Shown here: in pieces, positions 19,563 to 28,099 of the stretch
Numbering within the stretch: position 1 is the first letter of the stretch
Layout of the letters: each line of letters begins with the position of its first letter
Assembly (NCBI GenBank): GCA_020059745.1
Contig: JAGVBK010000004.1
Coordinates: 306,511 to 370,510, forward strand
Direction: 5' to 3'
DNA: 64,000 nucleotides
DNA from: Candidatus Shapirobacteria bacterium
GTDB lineage: Bacteria; Patescibacteriota; Microgenomatia; UM-FILTER-40-11
Made by a program: the position numbers and the translations under genes
The notes under the pieces: model-generated
Databases searched by the model: none
What the model saw: only the letters and a program-made list of their open reading frames with translations
Told to the model about the DNA's origin: nothing

Positions 19563-20330
19563 ATGAGTCAATATTACAATCCAAACAGAACAAGAAATAT
19601 TTATGATCCAAAATCTAGCGAGTTGTTTCGCCTGAGTCGTGGAAAGATAGACAATTTCATTACGTGCCCACGTTGTTTTTATCTTGACCGGAAACTGGGA
19701 ATTGCTCAGCCTCCCGGATATCCTTTTTCTCTTAATTCCGCTGTCGATAAACTTCTCAAAAAAGAACTTGATATTCACCGAGCAAAGGGGACACCACATC
19801 CTTTAATGAAAACTTACGGTGTCGATGCAATTCCTTTAACTCACGAAAAAATTGAAGAATGGCGGGATTCGCTAAGGGGAGGGATTACTTTCAGGATAGA
19901 AGGAAGTAATGTCGTGGTAACCGGCGGAGTTGATGATATGTGGATTAATCCCCAGAGTGAATATATTGTTGTTGACTATAAAGCAACTTCCAAAGAAGAG
20001 GAAGTAACTTTAGATGCCGACTGGCAGATTGGCTATAAAAGGCAAATGGAAATTTACCAGTGGCTTTTCAGAAAGAACGGTTTTGCGGTTTCTTCGACTG
20101 GTTATTTTGTTTATTGCAATGGCAATACAGATAAGGAAGCCTTTGATGGAAAGTTGGAATTTGATATTAAGATTATTCCCTATTTAGGAGATGATTCTTG
20201 GGTTGAAAATACCATTCATGATGCAATTGATTGCTTAAACAGTAATGAGATTCCGGCTCCTGGGGCAGATTGTGATTACTGCCGGTATGTAGAAGCGGTT
20301 AGAAAAATTGATGAGGTTGCTTATGCTTAA
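19563..20330 (+). CDS. PD-(D/E)XK nuclease, Cas4/AddB-like
   Basis: CPRC near the N-terminus, GGVDD...VVDYK, QMEIYQ, C-terminal CDYC. Confidence 0.85.
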   Translation: MSQYYNPNRTRNIYDPKSSELFRLSRGKIDNFITCPRCFYLDRKLGIAQPPGYPFSLNSAVDKLLKKELDIHRAKGTPHPLMKTYGVDAIPLTHEKIEEWRDSLRGGITFRIEGSNVVVTGGVDDMWINPQSEYIVVDYKATSKEEEVTLDADWQIGYKRQMEIYQWLFRKNGFAVSSTGYFVYCNGNTDKEAFDGKLEFDIKIIPYLGDDSWVENTIHDAIDCLNSNEIPAPGADCDYCRYVEAVRKIDEVAYA

Positions 20331-20709
20331 AAAAATTGAAACTGCCGATGAGTTTATTAAGAGGAAAACTGATGAGTTTTCTAAAAATAAATTAATTGAA
20401 ATAAAAGATATCGGTCGAAGCGGAAAACATTTTTTAGCTCGTGAAGCTTGGACTTTTATGCCACAAGGGAATTTGGGTGATAAAGTGTTTGTTATCGAAA
20501 GGTTTAGAAAAGAATCAACTGAAGGAAAAATTGCGTACACAGATTCCTGGAAGAAAGGAGATATTGAGTACCGCATCGGATATTTCATTATTGGGAAAAT
20601 TGGTAAAGCGGCTGGAAGATGGGTCTGGGGACAATATTGCCCTTTGATTCCTCATGAAGATTTAGATAAATTATTATCCAAAGCAAGGCAAGAAGGAACA
20701 CTTCTTTAA
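20323..20709 (+). CDS. Hypothetical protein
   Basis: ATG overlaps the end of the preceding nuclease gene; 128 aa, basic and aromatic. Confidence 0.7.
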   Translation: MLKKIETADEFIKRKTDEFSKNKLIEIKDIGRSGKHFLAREAWTFMPQGNLGDKVFVIERFRKESTEGKIAYTDSWKKGDIEYRIGYFIIGKIGKAAGRWVWGQYCPLIPHEDLDKLLSKARQEGTLL

Positions 20710-20821
20710 ATTAAACGATTTTCGTATTTAGATAAAGAATCGAAATGAAAACAAAAAATTCTTTGAAAAACACCATGGAAGTGGGCGGTTAGTATGGGTT
20801 TATAGTACAATGACAAAATAG

Positions 20822-21745
20822 ATGAAAGAGTTACAGATTGTTTATTCGAATAATTATCTTAAATACGATCTTGGAGAAGACAATCCCATTTCCCGGGATA
20901 AAACTGGAAAGTTTTTACGATTTCTTAAAGAAGAAGGAAGCATTCCCTTCCGGGTGCATGAGGCACCGAAAGCAACCGATAGCGACATTCTTCTTGCCCA
21001 CACAGAAAGGTACTTAAACAGAGTAAGGCAGGCTGCGATAAATGGAGTCGAACTCGATCCTGATACTCCGGTTAACTTGGAAACATTAGAAGGAGCATAT
21101 TATATTGTTGGAGGAACAATTCTCTGCCTTAGTTTGGCTCTTGAAGACCAACGAGTAGTCAATATTATTGGAGGAATGCACCACTCTGGCTCATATTTCG
21201 GATCAGGATTCTGCATTTTTAACGATCATGCCATTGCTATTAGAAAGCTCCAGAAAGAAGGAAAAATTGAAAAAGTAACAGTGTATGATTTAGATGTACA
21301 TGCAGGACAGGGAACCCAAGAAATTTTTTATGAAGATCCTACGGTTTTGACCGTCTCTATCCATCAAGATCCCAATACTCTCTATCCGGGAACCGGGTTT
21401 GATTGGCAGAGAGGAAGAGGAGCTGGGCTGGGAATGAACATTAATATCCCGCTTCCCCCTGGAACTACCGAAGAAATATATCTTGAAGCTTTGGATTCAG
21501 TCTTGGAACAAACCAGAAGTTATACCTCTGATATGAGAGTTTTACTTTTGGGTGTCGATACTTATAAGGGAGATTTACTAGGCGGTTTCCGGCTAGAACA
21601 AGAAAGTTTTAGAAAAATTGGGGAAAGATTCCGTGATTTTCATAAATTAGCTGTTCTTTTCGGTGGCGGTTATTCAAGAAAAATTCCTGACTTGTGGATG
21701 AAATTTTTAGAAGGATACTTAGGAGTTCCTTCTCATATCGTCTGA
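20822..21745 (+). CDS. Histone deacetylase / AcuC family protein
   Basis: GGMHH, GFCIFND, DLDVHAGQG, SIHQ, YPGTG, GVD, GGGY. Confidence 0.9.
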   Translation: MKELQIVYSNNYLKYDLGEDNPISRDKTGKFLRFLKEEGSIPFRVHEAPKATDSDILLAHTERYLNRVRQAAINGVELDPDTPVNLETLEGAYYIVGGTILCLSLALEDQRVVNIIGGMHHSGSYFGSGFCIFNDHAIAIRKLQKEGKIEKVTVYDLDVHAGQGTQEIFYEDPTVLTVSIHQDPNTLYPGTGFDWQRGRGAGLGMNINIPLPPGTTEEIYLEALDSVLEQTRSYTSDMRVLLLGVDTYKGDLLGGFRLEQESFRKIGERFRDFHKLAVLFGGGYSRKIPDLWMKFLEGYLGVPSHIV

Positions 21746-22288
21746 CACGAGTTTTCTTATTTCTTCGGCTTTACTACTTTTATTCTGTTTTGCCTTTAAC
21801 TTGAGGTATTCATCTAACTCTCTTTCGATTTCTAAATTAAATCTGACGGTGGATTTATTTAACTCAACCCATTTGAGGAAATCCTCTATTATTTTTTTTA
21901 AATTTGTCTTTTTATATTTTTGTTTCTTTAAATATTTATAATAATTTGAACTAATAAAGAAATCGCTTAAGGGAGAATCTTCTACTTTATCCGAATCTTT
22001 AATTAAAAGTAACGTTGGAATATTCTTTTGAAGAGATAGAACTAGCTGCTGGCCGACTGCGGAGATATTATGCGAATATTCAAGAATTACCGCATCGGAT
22101 TCTTTAATGGCTTTTTCTGTCAGTTCATACATTTTGCTGACAGTTATTTCCTTATTACCTTTTATTTCTTCGTCAATCCAGTCTCTGGACAGTTTGTGTC
22201 CTAACAGGCATATTTGTTGACGTATTTTCAGATAATCTGTTTTGTTTTTTTTGAAACCCGGCAATGATCCCCCGAAAAAAACTTTCAT
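21719..22288 (-). CDS. Nucleoside 2-deoxyribosyltransferase-like domain fused to a C-terminal ribbon-helix-helix
   Basis: KVFFGGS...AIKESDAVILE...VGQQL...IPTLLL (NDT/Rcl-like); VRFNLEIERELDEYLKLKA...SKAEEIRKLV (RHH-like). Confidence 0.7.
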   Translation of the reverse strand: MKVFFGGSLPGFKKNKTDYLKIRQQICLLGHKLSRDWIDEEIKGNKEITVSKMYELTEKAIKESDAVILEYSHNISAVGQQLVLSLQKNIPTLLLIKDSDKVEDSPLSDFFISSNYYKYLKKQKYKKTNLKKIIEDFLKWVELNKSTVRFNLEIERELDEYLKLKAKQNKSSKAEEIRKLVSDDMRRNS

Positions 22289-22328
22289 TGTCGGTATTAT
22301 ACATCATTTGCATTATTATAGGTATTGC

Positions 22329-22345
22329 TGTACAATCAGTGTACA
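22329..22345. promoter_or_regulatory. Candidate operator TGTACA-N5-TGTACA
   Basis: Two palindromic hexamers 11 bp apart in the 75-bp divergent intergenic region. Confidence 0.5.
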
Positions 22346-22363
22346 TTTTCTATATTTATAAAT

Positions 22364-23827
22364 GTGTCAATATTAAAGGTTATTGAAATCGGTTTTGGTC
22401 CTCATGCTAAAAGGATATATTTTCCTGCCCTGCAAGAATTAGGAAAAGAATTTAATGTTAGTCTTTCATTGGTTGTCGATCTTAAGCAACAAGAATTTGA
22501 TATAAGAGACTTTTTCTCTGACTATGCAGACAAACCAGATTTTCTTTTTGTTGATCCTTTTGAAGGAAATCTTCCTAAAGAGGTAGATGACTTTTTAAAT
22601 AATTATGTTGCCAAGCATAAAATTGATGGAGTAATAATTTCCACAGAACCCCTTTGCCATTATGCCTACGCTAAATGGGCTTTAAAAGTCGGTTTGAACA
22701 TCCTTATGGATAAACCAATTACCACTAAAAAAGAAGTGGTTACAGATTTATCAGCAGCAAAAAAAATTGAAAGTGATTATATGGAATTGTTAAAAGATTA
22801 TCTCAATCTCCAAGAACAAAAGGAAACTGTTTTCATAATTAACACCCAACGGCGTTTTCACCCTGGTTTTAATCTTGTTAATGAACTTCTCTCTGAGGTT
22901 GCCGTCAAGACCAATTGTCCGATTACAGCAATACAAGCCACTCATTGTGACGGGCAGTGGAGACTTCCAAACGAAATAGTAACACAACAATACCATCCAT
23001 ATTGCAGCGGATACGGAAAAGGCTCGCATAGCGGTTATCATATTTTTGATTCAGTTTATCAATTTTATAAGGTATCTAAATTAACAGCCAAAATAGCTGA
23101 TTCGATGGAAATTTTTAGTTCTTTTTTTCAGCCTAAGGGCTTCTTATTTCAATTAAATCAAAATGATTATGAAAAATATTTTGGAAAGGCATACTCAACA
23201 GTTAGAAAATATTCCGACAACAGACTATATAAGATGTTCTCTGGTTATGGTGAAATGGATCTTTCCGCTATTGTGAGGCTTAAAAGGGGAGAAGATTGCA
23301 TAGGGAATATAGCTATTAATCTAATGCATAACGGTTTTGCCCGAAGATCGTGGGTAAAGCCAGGAAAAGATCTTTATAAAGGAAACGGAAGAGTTAAACA
23401 TGAATATCACAACATAGAGCAAGGGCCATTTCAAAATATTCAGATTCACTCTTATCAATCAAAAGACAAACATGATACTAACACTAAAGATGATTATCTC
23501 CTCGGAGGCAACAGCCATTTTGATATTTATGTCTTTAGAAATAAAGACATAACGGGAGACAAAGATCCGTTAAAAATTTTTAGAATGTCAGACCTGAAAA
23601 AATATTGCCCAGAAGTGCAAGATGATAAATTGGCTATCGAAAGTGTTAAGCATCGAGTTGTCAAAGAATTCTTGAGTTGTTTGGTGGGTAAAAGGAGTAA
23701 AATCGAACTTACTTCTAATATCGATGATCATTTAATGCCCGTGCAAATAATGAGCGGTATTTATAGGTCACATAATAATTATATTAGAGGGTTGAATCCG
23801 TTGGTTAGATATAACTTAACTTTATGA
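22364..23827 (+). CDS. Gfo/Idh/MocA family NAD(P)-dependent oxidoreductase (long form)
   Basis: IGFGPHA Rossmann motif, DGVIISTEPLCH, LMDKP, QRRFHP; probable GTG start at 22364. Confidence 0.8.
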   Translation: MSILKVIEIGFGPHAKRIYFPALQELGKEFNVSLSLVVDLKQQEFDIRDFFSDYADKPDFLFVDPFEGNLPKEVDDFLNNYVAKHKIDGVIISTEPLCHYAYAKWALKVGLNILMDKPITTKKEVVTDLSAAKKIESDYMELLKDYLNLQEQKETVFIINTQRRFHPGFNLVNELLSEVAVKTNCPITAIQATHCDGQWRLPNEIVTQQYHPYCSGYGKGSHSGYHIFDSVYQFYKVSKLTAKIADSMEIFSSFFQPKGFLFQLNQNDYEKYFGKAYSTVRKYSDNRLYKMFSGYGEMDLSAIVRLKRGEDCIGNIAINLMHNGFARRSWVKPGKDLYKGNGRVKHEYHNIEQGPFQNIQIHSYQSKDKHDTNTKDDYLLGGNSHFDIYVFRNKDITGDKDPLKIFRMSDLKKYCPEVQDDKLAIESVKHRVVKEFLSCLVGKRSKIELTSNIDDHLMPVQIMSGIYRSHNNYIRGLNPLVRYNLTL

Positions 23828-25182
23828 CAGATATTAGTGCAATAAAAGCTCTTGCTTTTGGCCTGCTTGATGGCGGCGGAGATATATTTACTAATTTTCC
23901 TGGATATCTGTCACACCAACTATTTTCGTCTCTGGGCGGAAAGAATACTTCTGTGAACGAAAAAACAGCTTATGAAATAGCTTGGGGGTCAAGTTTTGCT
24001 GGTAGAAGAAGTGCAGTAATGTTTAAAAATGTCGGATTAAATGTTGCTGCAGATCCTTTTTTGAACTCCATGCTTCTTGGTATAAATGCTGGTTTGGTAA
24101 TAATTGTTTTTGACGACGTTTATGTCGAGGGGTCTCAATCGCGGCAAGATTCAAGACACTATTTTAATTTTTTTAGGGGATTGTGGTTTGAGCCATATAA
24201 TGTTCAGAATGCTTATGATGTTGCTTATAAATCTTTTTCTCTTTCTGAAAAGTATAAAACACCGGTGATAATTAGGGTCACAAATCCACTTATCAATATG
24301 TCGAGTGATTTAAAAAGAAAGAAAAAGCAGAAAAAGAGTAATAAGCCTGTCTATGATCATAGAAAATTTGTTGTGCACCCTACAAACTATCTTTATCAAA
24401 GAAAAACGCTACTTAAGAAGAATGACAGAATTCAAAAGTATATTAATGGCCTATACAAGAATGTGTTTGTCGAAACAAAGGATAATTTATTTGTCTTCGG
24501 TTGTTGTGTAAATGAACAAAAAAAATACTTAAAAGATAACTATGGCAGAGTACAGTTCTTTACTTATCCTCTTCCTCAAAAGACTACTAATTTAATTAAA
24601 AAGTCGAAGAATTTAATTGTTTTAGAACAAGGCGATGATTTTGCTTGTCGTGAAGTTGGAAATTTGACGAAAAATTTGCTGTTAGGAAATAATACTGGCT
24701 CAATGCCGGATATGTCGAAAAATTATATTGTTTCTAAAAACTATGAGAAGTTATTTTCTGCAGTTAAAGCTATTCGGCCTACTTTTGTTATTGGTGACTT
24801 GGGTGAATATACCAAAGACACTTACGGAACGATAGATGCCTGCCTTTGCTTAGGTTCAAGTATTGGAGTTGCAACCGGTTGTGCTTTAGCTGGATATCAA
24901 AAGTCGTTGGTAATAACTGGAGATGGTGCTTATTTACATTCAGGCAAAAACGCATTAATGGAATCAATAGAAAGGAAAATTACGCTAAAAATTGTTGTTC
25001 TCTGCAATGGGGGATGTAGAGTAACTGGGGGTCAAAAAATTCCGGGGGATTTGTTTGATCAACCAAAGGAAGTTAGGGTTTTTAAACTTAACTATGATAA
25101 GACAACGACTGCTGTTTTCAAGGAAACTTTAAAAAAAATGATTGATTCAAAGTTTACCACCATATTATATGTTTTGATGTAA
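23824..25182 (+). CDS. TPP-dependent enzyme related to indolepyruvate:ferredoxin oxidoreductase alpha subunit (IorA-like), no ferredoxin domain
   Basis: FPG, NEKTAYE.AWG, KNVGLNVAAD, SQSRQDSR, GDGAYLHSG...N TPP motif; ATGA overlap with upstream gene. Confidence 0.8.
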   Translation: MTDISAIKALAFGLLDGGGDIFTNFPGYLSHQLFSSLGGKNTSVNEKTAYEIAWGSSFAGRRSAVMFKNVGLNVAADPFLNSMLLGINAGLVIIVFDDVYVEGSQSRQDSRHYFNFFRGLWFEPYNVQNAYDVAYKSFSLSEKYKTPVIIRVTNPLINMSSDLKRKKKQKKSNKPVYDHRKFVVHPTNYLYQRKTLLKKNDRIQKYINGLYKNVFVETKDNLFVFGCCVNEQKKYLKDNYGRVQFFTYPLPQKTTNLIKKSKNLIVLEQGDDFACREVGNLTKNLLLGNNTGSMPDMSKNYIVSKNYEKLFSAVKAIRPTFVIGDLGEYTKDTYGTIDACLCLGSSIGVATGCALAGYQKSLVITGDGAYLHSGKNALMESIERKITLKIVVLCNGGCRVTGGQKIPGDLFDQPKEVRVFKLNYDKTTTAVFKETLKKMIDSKFTTILYVLM

Positions 25183-25185
25183 TCC

Positions 25186-25806
25186 ATGAAAGAAAGGCCG
25201 TATTACTTACATTTTGAAGGGATGGATCTTGCAGGAAAAACAACTGCAACTCAAAATTTTATTAAATCAACAGGGGCCGAATGGAACATAAGGAGAAATT
25301 CCCTTTCGAGAGAAAATCCAATACACTTGCTTGCTGATTCTTTAAGAAAAGCAGAAGCATATGATGCGGAAGTCTTGGGGAATTTATATGTGGCTGCCCT
25401 GATGGCAGATATTCATTCTTTTCAATGGCCAGGCAAGGATACCATCCAAGACTCAACAATTATATTAAGATCTATTGCCTTTCACACAGTTAGGGGCACA
25501 CCGAGGATCAGGGAAGTACTTCTGGATTTGTTGCCAGAGCATCCTAAATTTGATGCTTCATTTGTTTTTACCGCCAGTATTGAAAAAAGGCTTGAACGTT
25601 TGCAAAGGAGAATTGCTTTAGCTCCCCAAGAAGTTTCAGAAGAAGACATGATGGTAATAAGGAAGCCGGAGAAATTTTTGGCAATGGAAGCGGTGATGGT
25701 GGATATGGCCAAAATGGCTTTCCATTCAGTTATAGTTGATACCTCCACATTAACTCCGGACATGGTTGTTGGTGTGATTCATCAAAATTTTAGATTTGAG
25801 AAATGA
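25186..25806 (+). CDS. Thymidylate-kinase-like P-loop nucleotide kinase
   Basis: FEGMDLAGKTT; TASIEKRLERL lid region. Confidence 0.7.
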   Translation: MKERPYYLHFEGMDLAGKTTATQNFIKSTGAEWNIRRNSLSRENPIHLLADSLRKAEAYDAEVLGNLYVAALMADIHSFQWPGKDTIQDSTIILRSIAFHTVRGTPRIREVLLDLLPEHPKFDASFVFTASIEKRLERLQRRIALAPQEVSEEDMMVIRKPEKFLAMEAVMVDMAKMAFHSVIVDTSTLTPDMVVGVIHQNFRFEK

Positions 25807-27221
25807 AAGAAACTCAGCCGCAAGGATATCGCCATCTCGAGGCATTACACTATTTGGCCGGGATACCTTTTGTTGAGCATTTGGGTGTACGAGCCAATAA
25901 GGAAAAGATTTTAGAAGATTTGGGTTTTAGTAAAGGAACCAACATTGCTTTAAAAAAAGAATTCCTTTTACCAGAACCGGATGAAAATCTTTTAGGAATT
26001 GAGGATTATCTTGTTCAACAAATATCTCAAGGAAGATTTGTCGCAATGTTATTCAAGGATGGCCGTTGGGAGTCGATGGGTGGAGCGCCGGTGACTTATC
26101 TTATGGCCGAGAAGGACATCCGAGATAAATTGGTTTTTAGCAATGGGAAACTAATAGAAGTTAGTGCCCACGATGGCAAAGTACTTCAAATCGATCGTGA
26201 AATTTCCCTTCAAACATATTCTAGAAGAAAATCAATTGCTTCAACAGTGTCAGGCTTTGCAAATTACGAAGATCCTATCACTGTGAGGCTAGGTGGAGGT
26301 TTTAGACTGCAGTTAGATGATTTAGTTTTTATTGACGGTGAGCCGCACCTTTTGTTCTCCGGGCACTTTTCATTTAATGATATGGGGTCGAGAGTTTTAG
26401 CTTTATCTTGCAAAGAAGACTGTGCAGTGCCGAGATATGAAACATCATTTCTTTTAAAAATTAATAGTGGGCAATTATCTTTTATGGGTGATATGGAATT
26501 TCAAAGAGCTTCTGGCTCTTCAGGCAGTGTGAGAACGGTGGTTAATAAAGTGGTCTCAAGTTTGTTTTATCATGATGGTAAAGCTATTAGTGAGCTGACA
26601 AAGATGCTTTTAAGCGTCAAGCCAGTGATGGGGATCCATCAATTTGAGGGGATATTTAGTATTCCCAGTGAATCTGAAATAAGTGCTGAAATTATTGATT
26701 TTGATGGACTTGAAGCGTTTGATGTTGGGTTTCAAGGACTACAAATAGATCCTTCTGAGAGACTTATCCGAGGACAACTTAGAAGAGCTGGTTTTCTTAC
26801 AACTGACCCCGAAAGCCTGCTTCAATATATTGCCTATAGAAGAAGAGTTGCTGCGACCGTAGGTGAATTAATTAAATCCAGTGAAATTCCGGACGACATT
26901 AAAGAAAGACTGAGCCAACAATTTATCAATTCATTTGATCTTTTTACGCGAAACAGAACGGATCCGGTCAAACTAGGAAGATTGCTTGATACCCTGTGTC
27001 TTGATTGGGAGGATACAACTAACCCGCAAGTCAAATATTTTCGGAATGAAAATGACATGTTGATTATGTTTTCTGTTGAAGGTTTTAATCTAGCGTTTTG
27101 GAAAGACAGTGGAAAACTTGTTGATTGCTCCAATTTAAGAAAAATAGCGGCTAAATTAAGTCGGGTTGTTGGAAAAGAAATCTTGCCTGTTCATTTATCG
27201 GCATTAAAGGAAGGCGATTAG
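25803..27221 (+). CDS. Hypothetical protein (472 aa)
   Basis: Long ORF with ATGA coupling to the kinase gene; no confident family. Confidence 0.75.
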   Translation: MKETQPQGYRHLEALHYLAGIPFVEHLGVRANKEKILEDLGFSKGTNIALKKEFLLPEPDENLLGIEDYLVQQISQGRFVAMLFKDGRWESMGGAPVTYLMAEKDIRDKLVFSNGKLIEVSAHDGKVLQIDREISLQTYSRRKSIASTVSGFANYEDPITVRLGGGFRLQLDDLVFIDGEPHLLFSGHFSFNDMGSRVLALSCKEDCAVPRYETSFLLKINSGQLSFMGDMEFQRASGSSGSVRTVVNKVVSSLFYHDGKAISELTKMLLSVKPVMGIHQFEGIFSIPSESEISAEIIDFDGLEAFDVGFQGLQIDPSERLIRGQLRRAGFLTTDPESLLQYIAYRRRVAATVGELIKSSEIPDDIKERLSQQFINSFDLFTRNRTDPVKLGRLLDTLCLDWEDTTNPQVKYFRNENDMLIMFSVEGFNLAFWKDSGKLVDCSNLRKIAAKLSRVVGKEILPVHLSALKEGD

Positions 27222-27270
27222 GAGATTACTAAATAACTATAATTTATTTTAATGAGTTAAAGGAGAAAAA

Positions 27271-27870
27271 ATGAATTTACCTAACTTTAAGTATTTTTAT
27301 AATAATAAAGCTAAAACTCTTGATGTAGTTTTACATGGTGGTTCTCAGGGCATGGATTCTGGATTTATAAGCAAGATTGTTGGTGCTTCAAGAAAGACTG
27401 GCAATAGCGTTGTCGCTTTTAACTTTCCCTACATTGAAAGAGGTGAAGAAAACTCCTCCGGGCCGGAATTAGTTGAGGAAATTGATGCATTGCAATCAAT
27501 TCTCGATTTTTGTCAGTCCGATAAATTTAAGTCTGTTAGATTAATTGGTAAATCTTTAGGGGGAGTTGTTGCTGGACATTATTTGAAAAAACTTAATGGA
27601 GACCAACTGAATAAATTTAGTCTGATTATTTTTGGTTATGATATTGGCTACATTGATTTAAAAAGTTTCCCCGGGAAAATTGTTATTATTCAGGGAAGTA
27701 AGGACAAATTTGGAGATATTGAAGCGGTTAAAAAGGACATGAATGGAACTGCTTCAAATGACATAACCTATTTATCTATTGAAGGAGCGGATCATAGTTA
27801 CCGAATTCCGGAAACAAAAGAACCAATCTATGAAGACGAAGCGGTGAATGTTGCTTTTGGGCGAACCTGA
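27271..27870 (+). CDS. Alpha/beta hydrolase
   Basis: VLHGG oxyanion loop, GKSLGG nucleophile, QGSKD, GADH; SD AAGGAG upstream. Confidence 0.85.
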   Translation: MNLPNFKYFYNNKAKTLDVVLHGGSQGMDSGFISKIVGASRKTGNSVVAFNFPYIERGEENSSGPELVEEIDALQSILDFCQSDKFKSVRLIGKSLGGVVAGHYLKKLNGDQLNKFSLIIFGYDIGYIDLKSFPGKIVIIQGSKDKFGDIEAVKKDMNGTASNDITYLSIEGADHSYRIPETKEPIYEDEAVNVAFGRT

Positions 27871-28065
27871 AGCATTGTTAGATACGTCAAACTACATTAA
27901 CTAGTTTCTTTTTTGTACTGTCCCAAATGTCTCATTTAGCCTTGAATGTGATACACTAGTGATAGTTGCTTATGGGACTAAATGGTACTAGACCCGTATG
28001 CTCAGCCAAGACGAGCAATCACCTTAAATACTAATTATTATTCAGGTTTTGGCTGAGTTAAGTTG

Positions 28066-28095
28066 TTGACAACAAGGTAAAAATTGTTGTTTAAT
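28066..28095 (+). promoter_or_regulatory. Sigma70-type promoter for the candidate sRNA
   Basis: TTGACA 28066-28071, 18-bp spacer, TTTAAT 28090-28095. Confidence 0.5.
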
Positions 28096-28099
28096 CTAA

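Noticed and set aside
19563-20330. Possible CRISPR-Cas locus suggested by the Cas4-like gene
   Set aside because: No repeat-spacer array and no cas1/cas2 or effector genes in the window
27946-27962. Crp/Fnr site (TGTGA...)
   Set aside because: The second half-site is AGTGA, not TCACA, so there is no proper palindrome
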